A stretch of 56,486 bases of DNA from an uncultured delta proteobacterium (GTDB taxonomy: Bacteria; Desulfobacterota; Binatia; UBA9968). Of the stretch, positions 48,674-56,486 are shown piece after piece (position 1 is the first letter of the stretch; every line of letters starts with the position of its first letter). The notes beneath the pieces were generated by a model that was not told where the DNA came from, ran no database searches, and saw nothing but the letters and a program-made list of their open reading frames with translations. The stretch lies in contig CAWJBB010000082.1 of the NCBI GenBank assembly GCA_963840855.1, positions 1-56,486 of the forward strand. Reading direction: 5' to 3'. The translations under genes and the position numbers were made by a program.

Positions 48674-48774
48674 GGAGTCACTGTAGCATTTTTCCCGGTT
48701 CGTCTGCCACCTAATGCGCGCGCGCAGAGCGCGTTAAGCCACTCATCGTCAATTCCCAGATATCGCGTTATCCC

Positions 48775-48804
48775 GTAGGTCGGGTTACCGAAGCGTAACC
48801 CGAC
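48775..48804 (+). repeat. GTAG-type REP palindrome
   Basis: GTAG-GTCGGGTTAC-cgaagc-GTAACCCGAC, perfect 10-bp stem. Confidence 0.8.
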
Positions 48805-48825
48805 GTTCCGTTGCAAAGACCGCGT

Positions 48826-49830
48826 CTAGCGGGTGCGCGCCAACTCGTCGTCGATAATCCGCGCGAAAGCCTCCAACGGCTGGGCGCCGGAAATTATTCG
48901 GCCGTTGATGAAGAAGGCCGGCGTGCCGCTTACGCCGATCCGGTTCCCTTCCGCAATATCTTCTTTGATCGCGGCCTGATATTTTCCGCTATTCACGCAT
49001 GTTTCGAAGCCGTTAGCATTGAGCCCGATTTCCTTTGCCAACTCCTTAAAGACCTCTGGACTACTTTGAGGCGGAGCGTCGAAAAGTTTGTCATGGTAAG
49101 CCCAGAATTTACCCTGTTCGTTGGCGCAACGCGCCGCCTCGTGGGCTTTGCTTGCTCCCGGGTGAAGGCTCTCGATCGGAAAATCACGAAAGACCAGCTT
49201 TATTTTTTCGCCGTATTTGGACTCGAGCTGGGCCAGAGTAGGAAGCACCAGTCGGCAGAAGGGACAATGAAAGTCCGAGAACTCGACGATCGTCACCGGC
49301 GCCTTCGCCGGTCCTTTGAAGGGAGCGCCGTCCACCGCCACCGCGACCCGAAGGACCGGCGGCACCTTTAGATTAACTACCACCTTCGCTTGCGAGCGGA
49401 GTGACGTAAGAAACTCTTCTCGCTTTGTCGCTAGCTTTTGGTTTTGTAAACGCGCCCTGATTTGTTCCCGCAGGTTGCTTTCTTCGCCTTTAAACTGAGC
49501 TTTATTTTGCTGGTACGATCTTTCGATCTCCTGCTCTGTGACCAGACCGACTTTTGAGGTGACCTCGGCGTCCAGTAATGCTGGAACCGAAATCCCTCTT
49601 TTCGCTGCCTCGTTGGCAAGAAGTTTCTGAGTGATTAGCGCCTCAACTCGTTGGCGCTTGAGGTTATAGATCTGCTCCTCCAGCTTGCTTAGCTGCGAAG
49701 CCAGGGTCTTCTCAACCTCCGCAGAAGTGATCGCCACCCCGTCGACTACGGCGAGCGGTTCGTCGGCCGCATGAGCGGTGAAGGGAACTCCGAGCCCTGC
49801 CAATAACAGTAAAATCCAAAGAACCATCAT
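48826..49830 (-). CDS. DsbA-family thioredoxin-domain protein with N-terminal SurA-like helical region
   Basis: Signal peptide; VEFSDFHCPFC, FRDFP, GVSGTPAFFINGR and GAQP motifs. Confidence 0.9.
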   Translation of the reverse strand: MMVLWILLLLAGLGVPFTAHAADEPLAVVDGVAITSAEVEKTLASQLSKLEEQIYNLKRQRVEALITQKLLANEAAKRGISVPALLDAEVTSKVGLVTEQEIERSYQQNKAQFKGEESNLREQIRARLQNQKLATKREEFLTSLRSQAKVVVNLKVPPVLRVAVAVDGAPFKGPAKAPVTIVEFSDFHCPFCRLVLPTLAQLESKYGEKIKLVFRDFPIESLHPGASKAHEAARCANEQGKFWAYHDKLFDAPPQSSPEVFKELAKEIGLNANGFETCVNSGKYQAAIKEDIAEGNRIGVSGTPAFFINGRIISGAQPLEAFARIIDDELARTR

Positions 49831-49968
49831 GGGAGTTAATCCTCTCTTACCCGCGTCTTTAGCCGCTGACTCTTTCACGGCGGGTTTGAATTCGCAACAC
49901 AAAAACGGCAGAGCGGGTTGCCCCGCTCCGCCGTTGACACGCGCAATCCAAAGTCGAGATCAATTAAT

Positions 49969-50130
49969 TTATTCACTTTCGAAGCACGCCGGCGGGTCCT
50001 CTGAATCAGCTGGCACGCAGTTATAGCCGTTGCCGGATAAAGTGCATAGCAGTTCCATATCACAAAAGGTGGAGTCAGGCAGGTCGTTGACGAACACGTT
50101 CGCCCTAAATGTATCAGAAATAAAATATTT
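49969..50130 (-). pseudogene. Orphan 3' fragment of a Cys-rich protein
   Basis: DTFRANVFVNDLPDSTFCDMELLCTLSGNGYNCVPADSEDPPACFESE*, with an in-frame stop just upstream. Confidence 0.35.
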
Positions 50131-50408
50131 TTATTTACTTTTAGGGCCCTAGCCAAGGAAACACGAACTTATCTATTACTCGGGAGTTCAGTAAGGCCGA
50201 AGTTTGGTTCGAGGGAATTTAGAAAGGCATCGATTTAACAGCGAATTCCTGAGGTGTTTGAGCTAGTCGGAATCGGGTGATCCCGTAGAGGAGAAATTAA
50301 AAAACGGGTTAATGAGGGGAGAATCTGCGTCGTCGCCGCTTGACAGACTAATCGTCGCTCACATAAGTTCGAATCGAATCTGAGATTTAACCAAGGAGGT
50401 ATCGAACC

Positions 50409-51248
50409 GTGGCTGCAACTGTTTGGAAGGAATATAAGACCGTAAAGGTTGAAAAAGAAGACGGGATTACGTGGTGTATCCTCAACCGGCCGGAAAAGAG
50501 AAACGCCATGAACCCGCAGCTCCACTACGACATGCTCGAAGCGCTGACCGAGCTGGAAGTCGACAAGGATACGCAGGTCCTGGTCATTACCGGCGCGGGG
50601 CCGAGCTGGTGCGCGGGCCAGGATTTGCGGGAGTATTTCCGCGGCACGGATAATAATCCGTTGGAGCGGCGCAAGGCGAGCTGGGCCTCACAAGAATGGC
50701 GCTGGCGTCGGCTATTCTATTATCCCAAACCGACCATCGCGATGGTCAACGGTTTTTGCTTCGGCGGCGCGTTCACGCCGCTGATCGCCTGCGATTTTGC
50801 CATCGCAGCCGACGATGCGATCTTTGGCTTGAGCGAAATCAACTGGGGCATTTTCCCCGGCGGACTGGTGAGCCGCGTGCTGGCGGATGCGATGTGCTAC
50901 CGCGACGCCATGTGGTACATCATGACCGGCGACCCGTTCGACGGCAAGAAAGCCACCGAAATGAAACTCGTCAACATGTCTGTGCCAAAGGAAAAGTTGC
51001 GCGAGGAAACCGTCAGTCTGGCCCAAAAGCTGATGAAAAAAAATCCAGCGGTGCTGCGCGCGGCGAAGGAAGTTTACAAGTATTGCCGCAACATGGACTA
51101 CGCCCAGGCGGAAGATTACATGAGCGCCAAGGGCACGGCGCTGCGCCTCACCGATCCGGAAAAAGGCCGCGAAACCGGCATGGAGCAGTTCCTCGACAAA
51201 AAAACCTACCGCCCGGGTCTGGGCGAATACAACCGGGAAGCGAAATAG
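50409..51248 (+). CDS. p-hydroxycinnamoyl-CoA hydratase/lyase (crotonase family)
   Basis: NRPEKRNAM, WCAGQDLREYF, CFGGAFTPL, GLSEINWGI and FLDKKTYRPGL motifs; AAGGAGG RBS. Confidence 0.9.
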   Translation: MAATVWKEYKTVKVEKEDGITWCILNRPEKRNAMNPQLHYDMLEALTELEVDKDTQVLVITGAGPSWCAGQDLREYFRGTDNNPLERRKASWASQEWRWRRLFYYPKPTIAMVNGFCFGGAFTPLIACDFAIAADDAIFGLSEINWGIFPGGLVSRVLADAMCYRDAMWYIMTGDPFDGKKATEMKLVNMSVPKEKLREETVSLAQKLMKKNPAVLRAAKEVYKYCRNMDYAQAEDYMSAKGTALRLTDPEKGRETGMEQFLDKKTYRPGLGEYNREAK

Positions 51249-51316
51249 CAGAATAGAAGTCAGCGGTCGGCGGTCGGAAGTCGGAAAGTTTCCGTGCGGC
51301 GCTAAGGGTTCTGATT

Positions 51317-51439
51317 CTGCTGAAAAACCCCTTGGAATGCTTCGACAAGCTCAGCATGAGCGGAAAATTCTTAACGTTATCAATCCGCTCCCCGTTCGCC
51401 CTGAGCCCTGTCGAAGGGTGAACGAGAGTTTTTCAGCAG
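51317..51439. mobile_element. MITE-like repeat with 12-bp TIR, nested in a 7-bp-period inverted repeat (about 51258-51480)
   Basis: CTGCTGAAAAAC / GTTTTTCAGCAG ends; internal cttcgacaagctcag / ctgagccctgtcgaag; flanks agtcagc-ggtcggc-ggtcgga and tctctga-cgtctga-tcgctga. Confidence 0.75.
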
Positions 51440-51488
51440 TATCGGGTTCCGATCTCTGACGTCTGATCGCTGACATCTGGTTTAAAGC

Positions 51489-52649
51489 ATGGATTTCAAT
51501 TTGCCCGAAGAGCTGCAAGTTCTAAAAGACACTGTCCGTAAGTTCGTCGACCGTGAGTTGATTCCGCTGGAGCGGGAGTGCCGCCCCGAGGGCGAAGACA
51601 TGCCGGAGCAGTTCATCAAACCGCTCCAGGAAAAGGCCAAGGCCATCGGTCTCTGGCTGCTCGACGTGCCCCAGGAGTACGGTGGCGCCGGACTCGATCT
51701 CATGAGCCGTTGCGTGATCATGGAAGAGGTGGCGCGCACGGTGGCGATACCTTTTCGTTACGCATCGATTTTCGGCCCGGAAGTGCGGCCGGTGCTGTTT
51801 CATTGCAATGACGAGCAGATACAGAGATTTCTTTTGCCGGTCATTCGCGGCGAGATAAGAATTTGTTTCGCCCAGACTGAACCGGATGCCGGCAGCGATC
51901 CGGCGGGAATGAAAACGCGCGCCGTTCGGCAAGGCGATCATTATGTTATCAATGGCACCAAGCGCTTTATCACCGGCGCGAAGAACGCTGATTATGCGCA
52001 GGTCATCGCAGTCACAGATCCGGAGAAAGGCGCGCGCGGCGGTGTAAGTTGTTTGATGGTCAGCATGAAAGCTCCGGGCGTGACGCTGGAGCGGCTGTGG
52101 CCGACGATGATGGGCGATACGCCGGGCCAGATCCACTTTGACAACGTCAAAGTTTCGGTAGCCGACAGAATCGGCGCGGAAGGCCAGGGCTTTTCCATCG
52201 CGCAAAAATGGATCGAAGAAGGGCGCATTCGCGGCCACGGCGCGCGCCCCTGCGGCATCGCTTCCCGCGCGCTGGATATGATGATCGAATATTCCAAAGT
52301 GCGAACGACTTTCGGCCAGCCCCTGGCAAACCGCCAGGCAATTCAGTTCATGATCGCGGACTCCGCGATGGAACTTCACTCGTGCCGGCTGATGGTTTAT
52401 GAATGCGCCTGGCGCCATGACCGCGGCGAAGATATTCGCCAGCTTTCCTACATGACCAAGATCATGTGCGCCGAGATGGCGGGCCGCGTCGTCGACCGCT
52501 CGATTCAGGTGCACGGCGGTCTTGGGCTCATGCGCGAGCTACCGTTGGAATGGTGGTACCGCCAGGTGCGCAGCATCCGTATCACCGAAGGCACGCCGGA
52601 AGTTCTCCGGTGGCGACTGGCGGAACACATCATCCGGAATCATAAGTGA
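51489..52649 (+). CDS. Acyl-CoA dehydrogenase
   Basis: FAQTEPDAGSD, INGTKRFIT, RTTFGQPL, IQVHGGLG and RITEGTPEV motifs. Confidence 0.95.
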   Translation: MDFNLPEELQVLKDTVRKFVDRELIPLERECRPEGEDMPEQFIKPLQEKAKAIGLWLLDVPQEYGGAGLDLMSRCVIMEEVARTVAIPFRYASIFGPEVRPVLFHCNDEQIQRFLLPVIRGEIRICFAQTEPDAGSDPAGMKTRAVRQGDHYVINGTKRFITGAKNADYAQVIAVTDPEKGARGGVSCLMVSMKAPGVTLERLWPTMMGDTPGQIHFDNVKVSVADRIGAEGQGFSIAQKWIEEGRIRGHGARPCGIASRALDMMIEYSKVRTTFGQPLANRQAIQFMIADSAMELHSCRLMVYECAWRHDRGEDIRQLSYMTKIMCAEMAGRVVDRSIQVHGGLGLMRELPLEWWYRQVRSIRITEGTPEVLRWRLAEHIIRNHK

Positions 52650-52664
52650 GGATGTAAATGATCC

Positions 52665-52712
52665 TGGAGTACTGGGCTTAAACCCCATTACTCCAATACT
52701 CCATTACTCCAA
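52665..52712. repeat. 8-bp-period TACTCCAW repeat with inverted partner
   Basis: tggagtactggg ... cccattactcca-atactcca-ttactcca. Confidence 0.7.
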
Positions 52713-52741
52713 CAACCCGATTAAATTACCACAGCCTGCTG

Positions 52742-53950
52742 ATGACTGACACGACTAACGCTACGCCGCTCCTTTCGGGATATCGCGTTCTCGATTTAAG
52801 TTCCTCGATGGGAGCGTTCTGCGGCAAGCTGCTGCGCGACCTCGGCATGGACGTCATCAAGGTCGAGCCGCCCGGCGGTGACATAGGCCGCTCTGAGCCG
52901 CCTTTTGCAAAGGGACATGCGCACAGGGAAGGCAGTTTGCGTTTCGCCTATCTCAACGCTGGAAAGCGCAGCATAACCCTGGATATCACCAAGGAAAGCG
53001 GCCGGAAGATTTTTCTTGATCTGGTGGCGCGATCGGATATCGTGCTCGAGACCTTTGAGCCGGGTTATCTGCCGGTGCATCATCTCGGCTACGAATCCTT
53101 GATTGAAAACCAGCCGAAGCTGATTTTGGTTTCCCTAAGCGGGTTCGGCCAAGACGGCCCCTACGCGAATTACAAGACTCCTGACCTCGTCGGCAACGCC
53201 ATGGGGGGCTTGCTTTACATTAGCGGCGATCCCCAGATGACGCCATGTAATCCACCGGAGACGCAGTCCTACTATTACGCCAGTCTGTTCGCTTCTTATG
53301 GAGTGACGCTGGCCCTCTGGCAGCGCGAGTCGCGCGGCATCGGCGCGTGGATCGACGCGTCGGTGCAGGCGAGCATGGCGCTGCACGAGCACGTCGCGTT
53401 CAATTATTCAGCCGAGGGGCGCGTGATGAAGCGGGCCGGAAGCCAGCACCAGCACAACGCACCGGCTAATTTGTTCAAGTGCAAGAACGGCTGGATCGCG
53501 CTATTCGTCACGCAAAACCATTGGCCAATTCTCCTCAAGGTCTGGAAAGACCATGAACCGGAGCTCGATGATCCGAAATGGATCAACAGCAACCTGCGGC
53601 GCCAGCATGCCGACTATATCAACGCGCAAGTCACGTCCTTCACGTCGCAATTTTTCAAGGAAGAATTGGCCGAGTTGATGCAGAAAAGCGGCATCCCGGG
53701 GCTGCCGGTTAATTCTCCCTCGGACTTCATGAAGGACCCGCATATCCAGGCGCGGAAATTTTTCAGCCCCGTCACGCACCCGGTGCTGGGAACCTTTCAG
53801 CAGCCCGGTAATTCTTTCATGGTCGATGGCCGGCGTACCGGTCCCGCGCCGGCGTCGCTTGTGGGGCAACACAATCAGGAGGTTTTTTGCGGTGACCTCG
53901 GCATTAGCGCCCTCGATCTCGCGGCGCTGGCGGCGGAGGGAGTAATATGA
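52742..53950 (+). CDS. Class III CoA-transferase (CaiB/BaiF), subunit lacking the catalytic Asp
   Basis: RVLDLS, DVIKVEPPGGD, NAGKRSITLD and SGFGQDGPY motifs; QSYY at the usual Asp position. Confidence 0.9.
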   Translation: MTDTTNATPLLSGYRVLDLSSSMGAFCGKLLRDLGMDVIKVEPPGGDIGRSEPPFAKGHAHREGSLRFAYLNAGKRSITLDITKESGRKIFLDLVARSDIVLETFEPGYLPVHHLGYESLIENQPKLILVSLSGFGQDGPYANYKTPDLVGNAMGGLLYISGDPQMTPCNPPETQSYYYASLFASYGVTLALWQRESRGIGAWIDASVQASMALHEHVAFNYSAEGRVMKRAGSQHQHNAPANLFKCKNGWIALFVTQNHWPILLKVWKDHEPELDDPKWINSNLRRQHADYINAQVTSFTSQFFKEELAELMQKSGIPGLPVNSPSDFMKDPHIQARKFFSPVTHPVLGTFQQPGNSFMVDGRRTGPAPASLVGQHNQEVFCGDLGISALDLAALAAEGVI

Positions 53951-54042
53951 TCAATGTCAGATCGCAAATTTCAGAACTCAATAAGGTAAAATCCGTATGG
54001 ATCAGGCAACCTGAGGTTGGTAATTTGCGATTCGATTGAGAC

Positions 54043-55257
54043 ATGGACAGCACCAACGAAATTCTCAAAGGGGTACGCATCCTGGCCTTCACCACCGGCT
54101 ACGCCGGCCCCTATGCCGGACGTTTATTGGCTAACTATGGCGCCGAAGTTATTAAGATCGAATCGAGAAAAGGTGGTCTGGATACCTTTCGTCATTACGG
54201 CCAGCACCAAGACATCGACGCGGCGCCGCGCTTCATCGAGTGCAACCTCGGCGTGCGCTCGATGGCGCTCAATCTTAAACACCCCACCGGCGCGCGGCTG
54301 ATACGGGAACTCGCGGGCAAGGCCGACGGCGTGCTGCAGAATTTCCGCCCACGGGTGTTAGACAAATTAGGCTTGGGCGATGACGAGTTAAGAAAAGTTA
54401 ATCCCAAGCTGGTGATTGTGAAGCTTCCCGGTTTCGGCACTGAGGGGCCGAAGAGCAGTTACGGCACCTGGGGGTTCAACCTCACCGCCTTTTCGGGCAT
54501 GACCTATCTGTGGAATCACCCTGAACAAGACCGTCCCATCGGCAGCCAGGGAGTTTACCCGGATCATCTCGGATTCGTCATGGGGCCGACCTTGATGGTT
54601 GCGGCGCTGCTCAATAGCCGGCGCACGGGTAAGGGCGTAACCATCGATCTTGCGCAGATCGAAGGGACCGCGGCCACCCTTGGCGTGACCTATCTTGAGA
54701 CATCCGTCAACGGCGACGATCCCCGTCCGAAAGGCAACCATTACGCTGTGGCTGCGCCGCATGGCTGTTACCGCTGCCAGGGGGAAGACCGCTGGTGCGT
54801 GATCTCCGCGCGCACTGAAGCAGAATGGCGAAGTTTCTGTGGAGTGATTGGCGGGCAGGGAGTCGACAGCGACGCGCGGTTTTTGGATTTAGAATCACGC
54901 ATCAAAAATCGCGTGGAACTCGACGCCATCGTGCAGGAGTGGACGCAAGCCCGGACAGCGGAAGAAGTGATGACCAAACTGCAAGCCGCTGACGTTCCCT
55001 CGGGGGTCGTCCAAACCGGCGCCGATCTTCTCAAAGACGTGCAGCTTCGCCACCGAAATTACTTTGCGTCTTTTGACGATTCTCTCATCGGCCCGTTTGA
55101 AATTCCTCGCAGCGGTATCGTGTTCCGCGGCATGAACGAAGAGCCATTGCGCTTGCCCAACCGTTTCGGCTCGGACAACGACCAGATTCTCGGCGACCTG
55201 CTCGGTTACGACAAGGCGACCATCGAGCAATGGCGCGCCGAGGAAGTGTTAACGTAA
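54043..55257 (+). CDS. Class III CoA-transferase (CaiB/BaiF)
   Basis: AGPY, GAEVIKIES, NFRP, GFGTEGP and YPDH (catalytic Asp) motifs. Confidence 0.9.
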   Translation: MDSTNEILKGVRILAFTTGYAGPYAGRLLANYGAEVIKIESRKGGLDTFRHYGQHQDIDAAPRFIECNLGVRSMALNLKHPTGARLIRELAGKADGVLQNFRPRVLDKLGLGDDELRKVNPKLVIVKLPGFGTEGPKSSYGTWGFNLTAFSGMTYLWNHPEQDRPIGSQGVYPDHLGFVMGPTLMVAALLNSRRTGKGVTIDLAQIEGTAATLGVTYLETSVNGDDPRPKGNHYAVAAPHGCYRCQGEDRWCVISARTEAEWRSFCGVIGGQGVDSDARFLDLESRIKNRVELDAIVQEWTQARTAEEVMTKLQAADVPSGVVQTGADLLKDVQLRHRNYFASFDDSLIGPFEIPRSGIVFRGMNEEPLRLPNRFGSDNDQILGDLLGYDKATIEQWRAEEVLT

Positions 55258-55456
55258 GACTGACCTGATCTTCCTTCCCCGAATCCAGCCGGAGGTGGAC
55301 GAGATGCGCTGGCTGTGCACTGCGATGGTGCGCCTATGCTTTCTTACACCGCGTTTTGAGCGTCGCTTGATTCGCGCGCTGGAGCGTGTCATTTTCGCAC
55401 ACCGAATCTTTTTTGAAGCGCATTTTCCTTTTCACGCGCATGCTGAGGAGAAGCGA

Positions 55457-56486
55457 ATGTCCACAGAAATCAGAGTCATGATAGCCGCGCTATTTGGGCT
55501 GGCGACGCTTAATCCCGTGGCGGCTACGGAGGCGCAGGATTTTTACCAGGGCAAAACGGTTCGTCTGGTGGTGGGCTACGCCCCCGGCGGCGGCTATGAT
55601 TCTTACGCGCGCCTGGTGGCCCGCTATATGGGCAAACATATCCCAGGCAATCCGGCGTTTATCGTCGAGAATATGCCGGGCGCGGGAAGCCTGGCGTCCG
55701 CCAACCATCTCTATAAGCTCGCCAAAGCGGATGGTCTCACCGTCGGTCATTTCAACGGGTCGTTGTTTCCCCTCCAAGCGATGGGGCAGAAGGAGATAAT
55801 CTTTGACGCGGTTAAATTTCATTACGTCGGCTCGGTGGCCAAGGTCGAGATCGTTTGCGGCTTTCCGAAGGTTGGCGGTATCGACAGCCCGGAGAAATGG
55901 CTGAGCGCAAAGACCCCGCCGCGCCTCGGCGGCACGGCCCCCGGCACCGGCGGCCATGACACGACGCGGCTGCTGCACGCGACCATTGGCGTGCCAGTTC
56001 AATTGGTGCTGGGTTACAATAGCACCGGCGATATGCGATTGGCTATAGAGCGCGGCGAGCTGACCGGACTTTGCACCGGTTGGGAAAGTTTCAAATCGCT
56101 CTGGCGCAGTCAGCTCGAAAGCGGCGAGTTCGTGATCGTGCTCCAAGCGCTGCCGAAGCCCCATCCCGATTTGCCTAAGGTTCCGTTGGCGATTTCCTAC
56201 GCCAAGACTGACGAGGCGCGCCGACTCTTGCAAGCGGGCGCTCACGATATATCGGCGATCAGCCGGCCCTTCGTGTTGCCGCCTAACACGCCGAAGGAGC
56301 GAGTGCAAATTCTGCAAAAGGCTTTTATCGCCGCAATGAACGATCCTGGACTTCTCGGCGACGCCGAGAAGGCAAGGCTCGATATCAGCCCGCTCACCGG
56401 TGAAGAGCTGGAAAAAACCATCCACGGACTGCTCAAAACACCGCCGGCACTGCTCGCCAAACTGAAACAGATCATTTCGCCGCAAT
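55457..56486 (+). CDS. Tripartite tricarboxylate transporter substrate-binding protein (Bug/TctC); runs to the window edge
   Basis: GAGGAG RBS; MSTEIRVMIAALFGL..QDFYQGKTVRLVVGYAPGGGYDSYAR..ENMPGAGS; absent from the ORF track because the stop lies outside the window. Confidence 0.9.
   Translation, partial: MSTEIRVMIAALFGLATLNPVAATEAQDFYQGKTVRLVVGYAPGGGYDSYARLVARYMGKHIPGNPAFIVENMPGAGSLASANHLYKLAKADGLTVGHFNGSLFPLQAMGQKEIIFDAVKFHYVGSVAKVEIVCGFPKVGGIDSPEKWLSAKTPPRLGGTAPGTGGHDTTRLLHATIGVPVQLVLGYNSTGDMRLAIERGELTGLCTGWESFKSLWRSQLESGEFVIVLQALPKPHPDLPKVPLAISYAKTDEARRLLQAGAHDISAISRPFVLPPNTPKERVQILQKAFIAAMNDPGLLGDAEKARLDISPLTGEELEKTIHGLLKTPPALLAKLKQIISPQ

Noticed and set aside
48703-48740. attC site upstream of the small DUF1640-like gene (minus strand GCTTAAC..ATTAGGT)
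   Set aside because: Too short and lacks L boxes and an intact GTT; at most an eroded remnant
55490-56485. 331-aa minus-strand ORF (likewise 51522..52514, 22358..23203 and 19166..19966)
   Set aside because: Antisense shadows of well-supported plus-strand genes

Overview
Bacterial chromosomal window of roughly 55-60% GC (by eye). The many orphan periplasmic-binding proteins, amidohydrolases, UGSC selenoprotein, CoA-transferases and short intergenic palindromes suggest Candidatus Binatia/Binatota (inference). Layout: (i) 1-7.2 kb: mixed and decaying genes, including an integrase-less integron cassette cluster (shikimate-kinase-like cassette with a well-formed attC, RelE/ParE toxin-antitoxin pair). 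(ii) 7.3-25.9 kb: catabolic genes (molybdopterin oxidoreductase, double cyclase, LVIVD protein, amidohydrolases, an apparently inactive nitrilase, BKACE, six solute-binding proteins) and a UGA-recoded UGSC selenoprotein separated from its partner by a DUF559 insertion. (iii) 26.2-50.1 kb: accessory island with secreted TPR-CHAT protease, CHASE2 nucleotide cyclase, DUF928, TpsB/TpsA two-partner secretion, a Cys-rich secreted protein, an atypical LuxR regulator and DsbA. It also holds a three-level transposon nest: IS21 inside IS110 inside the terminal repeat of a Y1/RAYT element. The IS110 left end contains a readable bridge RNA whose guides match both the RAYT terminal repeat and the IS's own circle junction. 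(iv) 50.4-56.5 kb: hydroxycinnamoyl-CoA lyase, acyl-CoA dehydrogenase, paired class III CoA-transferases and a partial TctC. Several single-base frameshifts lie in homopolymers or repeats and may be assembly errors. No rRNA, tRNA or CRISPR array was seen.
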